Assembly (NCBI GenBank): GCA_045640475.1
Contig: JAZUFB010000054.1
Coordinates: 7,067 to 71,066 of the forward strand
Source: Clostridia bacterium
GTDB taxonomy: Bacteria > Bacillota > Clostridia > Christensenellales > Aristaeellaceae
Direction of reading: 5' to 3'
Length of the DNA stretch: 64,000 bases
Made by a program: the position numbers and the translations under genes. The notes under the pieces are model-generated. The model worked only from the letters and a program-made list of their open reading frames with translations, was not told the origin of the DNA and ran no database searches. Shown here one piece after another: positions 49,196 through 59,732 of this stretch; within the stretch, counting starts at the first letter, position 1, and each line of letters starts with the position of its first letter.

Positions 49196-50269
49196 ATGCT
49201 AAATCAAAATTTGGATTACAGAAAAGAGCAGGAAATGAAACTGAATATCCGGATCAGGGAATTGGAGAAAGAACTTCCCTCTTCTGTTACTGAATTTATG
49301 CGTAGCATCGCCACGTCAACTTCTTCACTGACGCGTCTTGGCTATGCTTACGATTTACGACTTTTTTTTCGTTTTCTGGTCACTGAAAGAATTCGTTTCT
49401 CCAATCTCGAACCGTGGCAATTTACTTATGATGATTTGTCCAAGGTAGAATTGAAAGACATTGAAATGTATCAGGAATACTTGTCTACCTATGTCAAGAC
49501 CGAAGAAAGTGAAGACAGCGTCACTGAACATTTCGTCATGAATGAGGAACTTGGGATTTCCAGGAAGCTTTCTTCCTTGCGTTCCTTTTATAAATACCTA
49601 TATGTCCATGAATATATCAGCGAGAACGTAACCGAAAAAATACGTATGCCCAAGATCAAGGAAAAGCCCATTATTTATCTGGATCGCAACGAGATCGTCA
49701 AAATGATCGATACCATCAACACCGGCGAAGGAATGACTGAGAGGCAAAAGAAATATGCCGAAAATACACGCATCAGAGATCTTGCCATCATTATGCTTTT
49801 GCTTGGTACCGGAATCCGTGAAAGCGAATTGGTAGGCATGGATCTGGAAGATGTTGATCTCGATCAGAAGGCTTTTGTGGTAACACGCAAGGGCGGCAAT
49901 CAAATGATCCTCTACTTCAACGACAGTATCAAAGAAGCCTTGGCTGATTGGATCGCACTCCGTTCCGAGCTTGAACCCTGCCCCGGACATGAAAATGCGC
50001 TTTTTCTGTCCATCCAGAAAAAGCGCATTACCACAAGAGCGATACAGGAGTTGGTCAAGAAATATGCCAGGATCGCCGCGCCCCTGAAAAAGAAGATCTC
50101 GCCCCATAAGTTGCGTTCCACTTATGCAACGACGCTGTACAGAAAAACAGGCGATATCTATCAGGTATCCAAGACCCTTGGCCATAAAAGCGTTTCAACG
50201 ACCAAACGCTATACACAGGAAAATGAAGACACTTTCAGAAACGCAAGCGAAAATGTGGACTGGGTCTGA
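49196..50269 (+). CDS. Tyrosine recombinase, XerC/XerS-like
   Basis: Catalytic R (GIRESE), K (RKGG), HKLR, LGH, Y (TKRYT); YAYDLRLFF and RKLSSLRSFYKYL in N-terminal domain. Confidence 0.9.
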   Translation: MLNQNLDYRKEQEMKLNIRIRELEKELPSSVTEFMRSIATSTSSLTRLGYAYDLRLFFRFLVTERIRFSNLEPWQFTYDDLSKVELKDIEMYQEYLSTYVKTEESEDSVTEHFVMNEELGISRKLSSLRSFYKYLYVHEYISENVTEKIRMPKIKEKPIIYLDRNEIVKMIDTINTGEGMTERQKKYAENTRIRDLAIIMLLLGTGIRESELVGMDLEDVDLDQKAFVVTRKGGNQMILYFNDSIKEALADWIALRSELEPCPGHENALFLSIQKKRITTRAIQELVKKYARIAAPLKKKISPHKLRSTYATTLYRKTGDIYQVSKTLGHKSVSTTKRYTQENEDTFRNASENVDWV

Positions 50270-53200
50270 TTAGTCCGAAATCTTTCGGAAAGTGAAGCCG
50301 TACAGACTGATGTTGCTGCCAGGCAAGAACACAAAAGTAACATCGGTCATCCGCGGAGTCACATGGATCCGGAAAGTTTGTATACCTCGCTTTACACCCA
50401 TGAAGGAAACAAGCTCATTCAAACTGGTTCCTTCGTTATTTGTCATCCGAACAGTGATCGCGTTTGCTTCCAGCGGTGTTTCTGCCTCGATTGTCAGCTC
50501 TGCTTCTTCAGCTTCGCCGAAATCCATGTTTTTGAACAGAAGCGATACATTATTTCCGATGTTTTTGACTGCTCCATCCTCAATTTCAAAGTTATCTCCG
50601 TAAATGGTATCCGCGTCGGCCGCTTTTTGCGGTATCCAGGCGCGGCTTTGTTTTTCAAAGACAAAGCTCTTCATATGGACTTTTTCAGTCATGGAAAACG
50701 CAATAGACATAACACCTGTCAGGCGCTCGGGTAAAGCCCACGTTTCGCTCTGGTAGGTATTCCAAATGCTATGTTTCTGATATTTGAGTACAGTAAGAAG
50801 ACGCATCTCCTGATTAGGTTCAGCGACCAGCATTTCGATCTCATATTCATCATCATTGAGAGCAAATAACGGAAGTGTGATCTTGTCTGTACCGACCGGA
50901 CCGAAGTTGACTTTGCTGAAGCCAACCAGACTCCTCCCAAAGCGTGCAAAAGCGATACCTTTTTCGTTCCCAGAACCAATTTCACCCTTAGAAAAATCAT
51001 AAAGACCCGCTGTCACTTCCTGATAAGGATCCAGTTCCGCCATGCCGATTCCGCTGATATGGATCTCAATTTGAGAAATCACAGACGGATGTTCAAGCCC
51101 ATTGTTACAGAAGGCGCGAAGGAAGAAATCCCCATCTCCTTCCGCATGTACAACGATTCGTTCGTTCTCCTGACTGACCTTTGCGGATGGACTGATAATA
51201 CCATTTACATTTGTGATCTGCCACTTGATTTCCTGAGGGTCTGCGTTTTCGGGCAGTGTCTTCCATGCAAAAGCAAGCGTCCGATGGTCCGCATTCATTT
51301 CATTACTCTCAAGCGGCAGGATTTCGATCTTACGGATCGGTATATCTTTGCACTTCGCTTTAAGAGGCACTCTCATGTTTCTTGTATAACTGGATCGATT
51401 TTCAACAGGAACGGTCGGCAAGGTAAGTTTCGCCTGCTGTAAACAATCTGATTCAGCACAAACAGTGATTTCCCCTGTTCCTTTCAATGCGCCAACCATC
51501 ACCAACAATTTTCCGGAAAATAGCCTGCGATCATTTGTCTTATACGGATCCGGATCTGTGGAATCTCCGTTATCCATTCCAAGAATGCAACCATTTCCCT
51601 CCACAGTGATATGAATTCTGTTATTGGCGTTCTCTACAGGATTCCCGTATTCATCCTCAACAGAAACTTCAATAAATGTCATATCATGCCCATCGGCATA
51701 TAGCACATTGTCTTCGCTTTTAAGGCAAATTTTCACCGGGTCTCCGGGAGTCCGTTTTGTTTCTTCCAAAATGGCCTTCCCATAAGCATCATATCCTACA
51801 GCTTTCAATTCACCTGCTTCATAGGGTACTTTCCAACTTGGACAGCATTTTTCCGGATCAAGGAGGTCAATCTCCTGGCAGCCAAGAGATTGGCCATTCA
51901 GAAATAGTTCAACAGACGCGGCATTACACATGACGCGAACATCGATCATTTGCTTTGGATTCCAATCCCAACGCATCCCGATATGGATCATCTTCTCACT
52001 ATTCCAGATGGAGCGGAAAAGATAATAGACATCTTTCGGGAACCCGGCAGTATCTGCCTGTCCGAAATAGCAGTTTCTGGTATGATAAGGAGTCGGCTCT
52101 CCTATGTAGTCTATGCCGGACCAGATAAACTGTCCCAACGAATAGGGTGTATTGAGATCATCAACAATACAGTGACGCATGTCTCTCGCACCCCAGCTCG
52201 TCGTGCTGTTTCCGAGATCAGAGCATTGCAGATCTTCTTCGCACATGATTGGTACTTCTGCCGGAAAGTGATAGATACCGCGACTGGCGAGAACGCTCGC
52301 GGTTTCACTGCCATAAATCACCCAATCGGGATGTGCGTTATGATGTTCCTCGTAGAACTTTTCACCATAGTTATAGCCCGGAATCTTGACAATATCCGCG
52401 CCTTTTTGTGCACCTTCCCAGGGCATATAGTTGCTTCCGAAGGTGACTACTGCATTTCCTTGGGGATCATGACTTCTTACCTGTTCCATCAACATACGCG
52501 TGACTTCACGGCCACGATCATCCGCAAACATATCATAGATCTCGTTCCCGATGGACCACATGATAACAGAAGCATGATTCCGATCACGACGAACCCAGGA
52601 TGCAACATCTTCCTCTTCATGCGCATCAAAAAATCTGGCATAATCGAATTCTGTCTTGGGACGTTCCCACATATCAAAGGCTTCATCAATAACGAGGATG
52701 CCCATTTCATCACAGAGATCCAACATTTTTGATGCAGGCGGATTATGAGAAGTGCGTAGTGCGTTGACGCCCATTTCCTGCATGATTCTCAACTGACGTT
52801 TGGCGGCTTTCTCGTGGAAAGCTGCACCCAAAGCACCCAAATCATGATGCAGGCATACGCCCTTCAGTTTGATATGCTTCCCGTTCAGGAAAAATCCCCG
52901 GTCAGTGGTAAATTCAGTTGTACGGAATCCGATCCGCATACGGATCTGATCCGTACCCAAATCACAGATCAATGTGTACAGAACAGGAACCTCCAATGAC
53001 CATGGTTCCACATTTTCGACATGAAAAGTAATCTGTTGCCTGTTTTCACTCCCTGAAAACGATTCAGAAAAAAGAACGTCCTGTCGGTCATTTTGCAGTG
53101 TCACTGTAATAGGGGCCCTGTTACGTTCACCTGCGATCTCACTCTCAATATTGATCTTCCACCCGTTTCCTTCAGGACGCGAAACGACATATGTCCCATC

Positions 53201-53644
53201 CGGCACGAAATGGCACGCAGGAACGGTCACCAGCTCAACATCGCGATAGATTCCACTGCCGGAATACCAGCGGGTATTGGGACTTTGGTGACGAATATGG
53301 ACAAGAATGATGTTATCCCCGCTCTGCAATGCATCCGTCAAATCTGCATCGAAAGCGGTATAGCCATAGGCATGTGAACAAACGACCTGACCATTCACCA
53401 GGATATCACAATCCATATAAACGCCATCAAAACGAAGTCGGCGGCAAAAGCCGTCTCTTGCATCAGCGATATACAAAACACGCCTGTACCACGCATCTGC
53501 GGTTTCGTACAAGTCATCTGTCTGCCAGATCAGCCAATCATGCGGCAGATCCACATCCTGCCAATTCGCCTTTTCAGCCTCTTCCAAAGTACTTCCGAAA
53601 GCAAGTTTCACAAACTGCCATTGATCATTCAAGAGTTGCTTCAT
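50270..53644 (-). CDS. GH2 glycoside hydrolase (beta-galactosidase-like), cytoplasmic, with C-terminal beta-sandwich/CBM-like modules
   Basis: FDGVYM, RWYSGSGIYR, GVCLHHD, RTSHNP, WSIGNE acid/base, YGSET nucleophile, DYIGEPTP. Confidence 0.92.
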   Translation of the reverse strand: MKQLLNDQWQFVKLAFGSTLEEAEKANWQDVDLPHDWLIWQTDDLYETADAWYRRVLYIADARDGFCRRLRFDGVYMDCDILVNGQVVCSHAYGYTAFDADLTDALQSGDNIILVHIRHQSPNTRWYSGSGIYRDVELVTVPACHFVPDGTYVVSRPEGNGWKINIESEIAGERNRAPITVTLQNDRQDVLFSESFSGSENRQQITFHVENVEPWSLEVPVLYTLICDLGTDQIRMRIGFRTTEFTTDRGFFLNGKHIKLKGVCLHHDLGALGAAFHEKAAKRQLRIMQEMGVNALRTSHNPPASKMLDLCDEMGILVIDEAFDMWERPKTEFDYARFFDAHEEEDVASWVRRDRNHASVIMWSIGNEIYDMFADDRGREVTRMLMEQVRSHDPQGNAVVTFGSNYMPWEGAQKGADIVKIPGYNYGEKFYEEHHNAHPDWVIYGSETASVLASRGIYHFPAEVPIMCEEDLQCSDLGNSTTSWGARDMRHCIVDDLNTPYSLGQFIWSGIDYIGEPTPYHTRNCYFGQADTAGFPKDVYYLFRSIWNSEKMIHIGMRWDWNPKQMIDVRVMCNAASVELFLNGQSLGCQEIDLLDPEKCCPSWKVPYEAGELKAVGYDAYGKAILEETKRTPGDPVKICLKSEDNVLYADGHDMTFIEVSVEDEYGNPVENANNRIHITVEGNGCILGMDNGDSTDPDPYKTNDRRLFSGKLLVMVGALKGTGEITVCAESDCLQQAKLTLPTVPVENRSSYTRNMRVPLKAKCKDIPIRKIEILPLESNEMNADHRTLAFAWKTLPENADPQEIKWQITNVNGIISPSAKVSQENERIVVHAEGDGDFFLRAFCNNGLEHPSVISQIEIHISGIGMAELDPYQEVTAGLYDFSKGEIGSGNEKGIAFARFGRSLVGFSKVNFGPVGTDKITLPLFALNDDEYEIEMLVAEPNQEMRLLTVLKYQKHSIWNTYQSETWALPERLTGVMSIAFSMTEKVHMKSFVFEKQSRAWIPQKAADADTIYGDNFEIEDGAVKNIGNNVSLLFKNMDFGEAEEAELTIEAETPLEANAITVRMTNNEGTSLNELVSFMGVKRGIQTFRIHVTPRMTDVTFVFLPGSNISLYGFTFRKISD

Positions 53645-53659
53645 GACAGGATGTCCCCC

Positions 53660-54610
53660 TCAGCCCAGTTTTTCTTGGATCGCTTTCAATTCGGAAGCGG
53701 AGCAAAGAACAAAATGTTCCGGTTCAACTTCCACCAGCGAAGGTTTCTCAACAGAATAATCATGATCCCGGTCCGGATCATAATCGATTCTCTTCCGTTT
53801 CTTTTCTGTCAGTGGATTCGGTTCGGGAATGGCGGACAGAAGAGCACGGGTATAGGGATGCATCGGTTTCAGATAAAGATCCTCGCTTCGGGCTACTTCC
53901 ACAAGATGTCCATAATGCATGACGCCGATCCGATCGGAAAAATATTTGACTACGGAAAGATTATGCGCTATGAAAAGAATCGTCAGTTCCATTTCTTCCT
54001 TCAGGTCATTAAGCAGATTGATGACCTGTGCCTGAATGGAAACGTCCAACGCAGACACCGGTTCATCAGCAATCACCATCTGCGGATCGACAATCATGGC
54101 ACGGGCAATACCGATACGCTGCCTCTGACCCCCTGAAAACTCATGCGGATAGCGCGTAGCATGTTCTTCATTCAGACCAACTTTTTGCAGCATGGCAACA
54201 ACCTTGGCGTGTAGTTCATCCTTGTTCTTCAAACCGCGTTCCTTCAAGGCCTCACCAACAATTTCTTCAATGGTCATTCTTGGATTCAGGGACTCGATCG
54301 GATCCTGGAAGATCATAGAGATCCGGTCCGCCAGAAAACGCCGTTTCTGGGCATTCATGGGCCCTGAAACCTCTGTCCCGTCAAATATGATTGTCCCGGA
54401 AGTCGGGTCATACAGACGGATGATTGATCTTCCGGTGGTCGTCTTTCCGCATCCGCTTTCGCCCACCAACCCGAATGTTTCACCTCTCCGGACCGTAAAA
54501 CTGACATGATCTACAGCTTTTGTCGTTTTTGCGTGTTTGCCGTGACCGTCGGTAAAGTATTGACACAGATCCTGCACCTCCAGGAGGACATCGTTACTGT
54601 TCTGTTGCAT
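53660..54610 (-). CDS. oppF: Opp/Dpp ABC transporter ATPase
   Basis: GESGCGKTT, FSGGQRQR, DEPVSALD, HPYT. Confidence 0.92.
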   Translation of the reverse strand: MQQNSNDVLLEVQDLCQYFTDGHGKHAKTTKAVDHVSFTVRRGETFGLVGESGCGKTTTGRSIIRLYDPTSGTIIFDGTEVSGPMNAQKRRFLADRISMIFQDPIESLNPRMTIEEIVGEALKERGLKNKDELHAKVVAMLQKVGLNEEHATRYPHEFSGGQRQRIGIARAMIVDPQMVIADEPVSALDVSIQAQVINLLNDLKEEMELTILFIAHNLSVVKYFSDRIGVMHYGHLVEVARSEDLYLKPMHPYTRALLSAIPEPNPLTEKKRKRIDYDPDRDHDYSVEKPSLVEVEPEHFVLCSASELKAIQEKLG

Positions 54611-55655
54611 TCGATGCTTCCTCCTTCATCCGGTTGATTCTCTCCCGCAGAGCTTCCGGCATTTCAGTTTTGGGTGCAGCGGGATGAAGCAGCCAGGTGG
54701 CTGCCAGATGGGTATCACTGAGACGGAAGAACGGCGGTTCTTCCTCAAAATCAATCTGCAGAGCATACTGATTCCGTATCGCAAACGCATCGCCCTTTGG
54801 CGGGTTCAGCATGTTGGGCGGAGTGCCCGGAATTGCCTGCAGCCGTCCGTGTGTTTTAAGATCCGGCATAGATGTCAGGAGTGCCCATGTATAGGGATGA
54901 GCGGGTTTGAAAAAGATTTCCTGTACTGTACCGTTCTCTACGATCTTTCCTGCATACATCACATACACTCGATCAGCCATATTGGCAACAACGCCCAGAT
55001 CATGGGTGATAAATATCACGGACAAATGACGTTCTTCCCGTATACGATTGATCATTTCCAGGATTCGTGCCTGCACAGTTACATCCAGTGCCGTGGTCGG
55101 TTCGTCACAGATCAAAATCTCCGGTTCACCGGCAAGAGCGATGGCTATCACAATACGCTGACGCATACCACCTGAAAACTGGAACGGATACTGTTCAAAG
55201 CGTGTCTCCGCCTGCGGTATGCCTACGTCGTTCATGAGCTTGAGAGCTTCCTTACGGGCCTGCTGTTTGTTCATCCCGCGTTTTTGCAGGACTTCCATGA
55301 TCTGCTTTCCCACTTTCATAATGGGGTTCAAAGCGCTCATAGGATCTTGGAAGATCAATCCGATCCTTTTCCCACGGATCTCTTGCATATCATCTTCTTT
55401 TGTCTTAAGAAGGTCTTTGTCATCATACAGGATCCGCCCGGATTCAACGATAGCATTAGCCTGTAGGATACCCATAATCGCTTTGGTAGAAACGGATTTT
55501 CCAGAGCCGCTTTCGCCGACAATAGCAATCGTTTCTCCCTTATTCAGTTCAAAACTGACTCCGCGGACCGCCTGGACCTTACCGGCATAGGTGTTGAAAG
55601 ATACTTTCAGATCTTCAACGCGTAGAACGACATTTTTTCCACTGTCCACGGTCAA
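54594..55655 (-). CDS. oppD: Opp/Dpp ABC transporter ATPase
   Basis: GESGSGKS, FSGGMRQR, DEPTTALD, HPYT, IPGTPP. Confidence 0.92.
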   Translation of the reverse strand: MTVDSGKNVVLRVEDLKVSFNTYAGKVQAVRGVSFELNKGETIAIVGESGSGKSVSTKAIMGILQANAIVESGRILYDDKDLLKTKEDDMQEIRGKRIGLIFQDPMSALNPIMKVGKQIMEVLQKRGMNKQQARKEALKLMNDVGIPQAETRFEQYPFQFSGGMRQRIVIAIALAGEPEILICDEPTTALDVTVQARILEMINRIREERHLSVIFITHDLGVVANMADRVYVMYAGKIVENGTVQEIFFKPAHPYTWALLTSMPDLKTHGRLQAIPGTPPNMLNPPKGDAFAIRNQYALQIDFEEEPPFFRLSDTHLAATWLLHPAAPKTEMPEALRERINRMKEEASNATEQ

Positions 55656-56809
55656 TCCCCCTCTCCGCGTCTCGTGGGATCCATCGCGTCACGAAGGCCA
55701 TTGGAGAACAAATTGAACGCGATCATCAACAGGGAGATCAAAACAGCCGGGAACAAGGTCTGATACCCGTACTGCAGTAATACATCCTGTCCCGCGGACA
55801 GCAAGATCCCGATGGAAGGTTCAGGCGGTGCTATGCCCAAACCGATATAAGCCAGGAAAGATTCAGAGAAGATCGCACCGGGAATGGCAATCATGGCACG
55901 GGTGATCAGCGGACCTATGGTATTGGGCAGCACATGCCGAAAGATCAGTCTCCGGTCCGGAATGCCCATTGTTCGTGCCGCAAGCACATATTCCCGCCCT
56001 TTATAGCGGTAGAATTGTGCACGTGTCAGTCGAGCTGTCCCGATCCATCCGGTCACGGTCAGTGCAAGAATGATGGAGAACATACCGGCTCCGAACAATA
56101 GCATGAACAGGATGGTAACCACAATATAAGGCAGACCATCCAGCACTTCGGCAAAGTGAGTCATAAACATATCCACTTTGCCGCCGTAATAACCGGCGAC
56201 AGAACCATAAATGACACCGATCACCAGATTGGTAATCACAGAAATAAAAGCAATAAGGAGAGAAATACGTGCGCCCTGAAAAAGCCTGGTCAGAATATCA
56301 CGCCCGACATAGTCTGTGCCGAACCAATGGTATTCATTTTCCTCCAGGCCGCAATAACGATAGTAGTCCACCTTAACGTCCACGACAGGTTGCCCGCGGA
56401 CTTGGTATTCGTTGACGATCTCCAGCACGCTTCCCTCCGGGAAACGTTTGGGATCCTCAATGGAGGATTTCTTCTTATTGGTCAGGATACGTGTTCCATC
56501 CGCGATCCCGATATCTTCCAGAACAGGGATTCGTGGCGGCAGATCCTTGCCGTCCACATTCTGCTGTGTATAACTGTATCCGGTCACTTCCGGAACAATG
56601 ATTGCCAAAAGGATGATCAGTACAATGATCCAGAATGATACAACAGATACTTTGTTCTTGCGCAGCCGATTCAGCGCATCTTTGTAATAGCCTACCGGTT
56701 CAGTTATCGGCACTTCATCTCTTATCTCACGGTGTTCCACCGGTGTGAAGCGCTTGGCGTCGATCTGTGCAACTGCAGCGCTCAGATGATTTCTGTCTTC
56801 GATCTTCAT
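55652..56809 (-). CDS. oppC: Opp/Dpp ABC transporter permease
   Basis: HWFGTDYVGRD, EYVLAARTMG, HVLPN, GLRDAMDP. Confidence 0.92.
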   Translation of the reverse strand: MKIEDRNHLSAAVAQIDAKRFTPVEHREIRDEVPITEPVGYYKDALNRLRKNKVSVVSFWIIVLIILLAIIVPEVTGYSYTQQNVDGKDLPPRIPVLEDIGIADGTRILTNKKKSSIEDPKRFPEGSVLEIVNEYQVRGQPVVDVKVDYYRYCGLEENEYHWFGTDYVGRDILTRLFQGARISLLIAFISVITNLVIGVIYGSVAGYYGGKVDMFMTHFAEVLDGLPYIVVTILFMLLFGAGMFSIILALTVTGWIGTARLTRAQFYRYKGREYVLAARTMGIPDRRLIFRHVLPNTIGPLITRAMIAIPGAIFSESFLAYIGLGIAPPEPSIGILLSAGQDVLLQYGYQTLFPAVLISLLMIAFNLFSNGLRDAMDPTRRGEGD

Positions 56810-57756
56810 TTGTTGCCTCCTACTCTGATCCGCGGATCGATAATACCGTAGGAAATATCAACAACAAGGATCGTCACCAGTGAAATGGCGGAATAGAAGA
56901 TCAGACAGGCAACCGTCAGGAAATGGTCACCCGCCATAACGGAATCTACCAGCAACCCTCCGACGCCATTGACAGCGAACATCTTTTCGACGACCAACGA
57001 ACCGCCCATGATCCCGGTGATCATGGGAATAATTGTATTGGCAATGGGAATCAGAGAATTACGGAAGGCATGCTTCGCTGTGGATTCTGTTCTGCTGAGT
57101 CCCTTCGTCCGAGCCAACAGCATAAAATCAGATGATAAAGTCTCAATCAGTTCGCCGCGCAGATACCGTGCAATGGTTGCAACAGGATTCAGTGACAGGG
57201 CGATGATCGGCAGGATCATGGAAGAAAGGCGAATCCAGTAGGTTGCGGCCTGCGTGTCATAGAGTGTTGGGAATATAGGCCATATAAACGTAAACAGAAA
57301 TTGAAGCAAAGATGCAAATACAAATGACGGTACAGAAATAAAGACCACAATCAAAAATGAGATGACATGGTCGGTCAGTTTGTTCTGTTTGAGAGCTGCC
57401 CACGCGCCAAGGATAATACCGAGGGGGATGGAAATCAGCAGAGAATAAAAGTTCAGTTCCATCGTTGCCGGGATGCGTTCCTTAATAATTTCAAACACAT
57501 CCAGACCGGGTCTGATTTTAACCGAGGTTCCAAAGTCGCCCCGGGTGACGATTCCTTTCATGAAATGAAAATACTGCACCGGCATCGGTTCATGCAGGTG
57601 CATCCGTTCTTCCAACTTCCGTTCGATTTCCGGCGGAACATCCGGATTTTCAAAGATGCTCATTGGCATCAGCCGGATGATCCAGAACGATAATGTCATT
57701 ACCAAAAAGAGCGTCAGAAGCATTGCTCCAATTCTGGTCAGTACGTACTTAAGCAA
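56806..57756 (-). CDS. oppB: Opp/Dpp ABC transporter permease
   Basis: TTG start after GGAGG; GDFGTS, ARTKGL, HAFRNS, GSLVVE, IDPRI. Confidence 0.92.
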   Translation of the reverse strand: MLKYVLTRIGAMLLTLFLVMTLSFWIIRLMPMSIFENPDVPPEIERKLEERMHLHEPMPVQYFHFMKGIVTRGDFGTSVKIRPGLDVFEIIKERIPATMELNFYSLLISIPLGIILGAWAALKQNKLTDHVISFLIVVFISVPSFVFASLLQFLFTFIWPIFPTLYDTQAATYWIRLSSMILPIIALSLNPVATIARYLRGELIETLSSDFMLLARTKGLSRTESTAKHAFRNSLIPIANTIIPMITGIMGGSLVVEKMFAVNGVGGLLVDSVMAGDHFLTVACLIFYSAISLVTILVVDISYGIIDPRIRVGGNK

Positions 57757-57862
57757 AGGGTTTCCTCCTTCAATGGAGTATCCGTTCCGGGTTACGGGAA
57801 AAAATGAAGGGTCCGCTCTGTGCCGATCCCTCATTTTTTCCTGTGACATGAAAACGGAAAAT

Positions 57863-57902
57863 GCAGACACAGGTATGCCGATAACGGCACACCTGTGTCT
57901 GC
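57863..57902. other. Strong intercistronic hairpin after oppA
   Basis: GCAGACACAGGT-ATGCCG-ataa-CGGCAC-ACCTGTGTCTGC. Confidence 0.7.
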
Positions 57903-57919
57903 CTTATCATTTCACGCGA

Positions 57920-59656
57920 TTACTCGGCGATATCTCCGAAAATGGTTCCCCAGCCCAGACCGGGAATGTAGGTGGTCACGGGCAGAATCAGACGGTCGGA
58001 GAAGAGCTGGAACTTGACATCCTGGACCATAGGCAGGTTGATCACTTTGTCCAGATAGATGTTTTCCAGTTTCGCGGTTTCGTCCATCAGCTTCTCATAG
58101 TCACCGGTGGAGCTTTCGCAAACCGCGTACTGAGCATCGAATTCTTCATCCAGGTAATTGTTGGGATGACTGGAATACCCACTGATGAAGTATGCAAAAC
58201 TCTTGTGCGGAAGCGAAGAGGAAGAACCGTTGGACCAGTCGTTCGGAGACAGGTCCCAGGTATCATTGCTCTTCTTGTACTGCGTAGTGGAGATGCCGGA
58301 GTAGTTCACAATTTCCAGAGTCACCTTTCCGTCAAAGACGACCGGGAACTGTTCCACCAAATATTCGGCGGTCTTCTTCCAGTAGGATTCGCTTGGATCG
58401 AAGGCGATTACAAGTTTCAGGACAGTATCCTCAGGAACGCCGCATTCTTCATAAGCCTTGGCCAGATATTCACGGGCCAGCTCGGGGTTGTAGCCAAACT
58501 CGCCATTTGCGTTCACAGCATCTTCAACACTCTTGCCCTGAGCGCTCTGACGGTAGGTCACTCCGGATTCGGACAGGATACCGGCAAGACCGTTGATGTA
58601 CCAGCCTGCTCCTTCGTTATAACCGAAAAGTTTTTCAGCGATGGTCTTGCGGTCCATGGCATGATACAGGGCCTTGCGGTAGCTGTTTGAGCCGCAGACA
58701 GGGTTGTTGGGATTGAAGGCGTTCACATCAATATGATAGACCGTGTTGGAAGGATATTCCACCAGTCTGGGATCGTCGATATAGCTTTCGATGGTGTTGG
58801 CATCGGGCTGCATATCATCCAACTCGCCCTTTTCCCATTTTTCCACGCGGGCGTTCATTTCAGGAATCACAAGGACTTCCACCGCGTCATAGTGGAACAG
58901 GTCAGGCTGCCAGTAGTTGGGATTGCGAACATAAGTCTGGACAGAATCGAAGGTCCAGGTATCCAACATATACGGTCCGCAGCTCATGTACTGATCAGCA
59001 GTGGAACCGTAGGTTGTCTGGGTCTTGTCTTCAGTCATTCCCGCTTCGTAGTAGGGTTCATACACCAGCGTTGTGGCACGAGTGTTGAAATGAGCGCACA
59101 CATTGGCCTGAGTAAAGGTATCGTCGGTAAGCACCAGTTGGATGGTATAGTCATCGATTTTTTTGATTCCAACATCTTCCCACGCAACAGTTGCAGAATC
59201 GCCCTGTGCGGCATAGTCGGCAGCATTCACAATGGTGATATTGTTGCTGGCAAGCTTATTGGACATGCTGTTGACCATCATTGGATTCAACAGTTGCTTC
59301 CAGGAGTAGATCACCGTATCGGCATTGATGGGATCACCGTTGGCCCACTTGGCATCGGTGCGAAGTCTGATTTCCCAGGTTACACCGTCTTCCAGCTGTA
59401 CGGGCAGTTCGGCAGCGAGATCGCCGATATAGTGGAAGCCGTTTCCGTCTTCATCAGGGTAAGGACGGTAAAGATATGCGTTGCAATAGTCTGTTGGAAC
59501 ATCCAAGCTCGTTTCCACGGAATTATGCACATTCAGGGTAGGTGTATCCGCTTTGATATAGGTATGATACACTTTTTGCCCTTCTGCGTTGGCCATAAAA
59601 GCAAAGCTGCAGGCAACCAACATTATGGCCAAGATAACTGAGAGAAGTTTTTTCAT
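57920..59656 (-). CDS. oppA: Family 5 (peptide/oligosaccharide) solute-binding protein
   Basis: Signal peptide MKKLLSVILAIMLVACSFAFMANA; LRTDAKWANGDPINA, GPYML, RNPNYW, RKALYHAMDR. Confidence 0.9.
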   Translation of the reverse strand: MKKLLSVILAIMLVACSFAFMANAEGQKVYHTYIKADTPTLNVHNSVETSLDVPTDYCNAYLYRPYPDEDGNGFHYIGDLAAELPVQLEDGVTWEIRLRTDAKWANGDPINADTVIYSWKQLLNPMMVNSMSNKLASNNITIVNAADYAAQGDSATVAWEDVGIKKIDDYTIQLVLTDDTFTQANVCAHFNTRATTLVYEPYYEAGMTEDKTQTTYGSTADQYMSCGPYMLDTWTFDSVQTYVRNPNYWQPDLFHYDAVEVLVIPEMNARVEKWEKGELDDMQPDANTIESYIDDPRLVEYPSNTVYHIDVNAFNPNNPVCGSNSYRKALYHAMDRKTIAEKLFGYNEGAGWYINGLAGILSESGVTYRQSAQGKSVEDAVNANGEFGYNPELAREYLAKAYEECGVPEDTVLKLVIAFDPSESYWKKTAEYLVEQFPVVFDGKVTLEIVNYSGISTTQYKKSNDTWDLSPNDWSNGSSSSLPHKSFAYFISGYSSHPNNYLDEEFDAQYAVCESSTGDYEKLMDETAKLENIYLDKVINLPMVQDVKFQLFSDRLILPVTTYIPGLGWGTIFGDIAE

Positions 59657-59732
59657 CAAAATGGCTCCTTTCATGCTTGGGTTTATGCAAGTGCATCATT
59701 GATGCACGCATAGTCGAAAATGTGTGTGCTCA

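Noticed and set aside
57656-59641. 344- and 302-aa + strand ORFs opposite oppA/oppB
   Set aside because: Antisense shadows; no RBS or domain evidence
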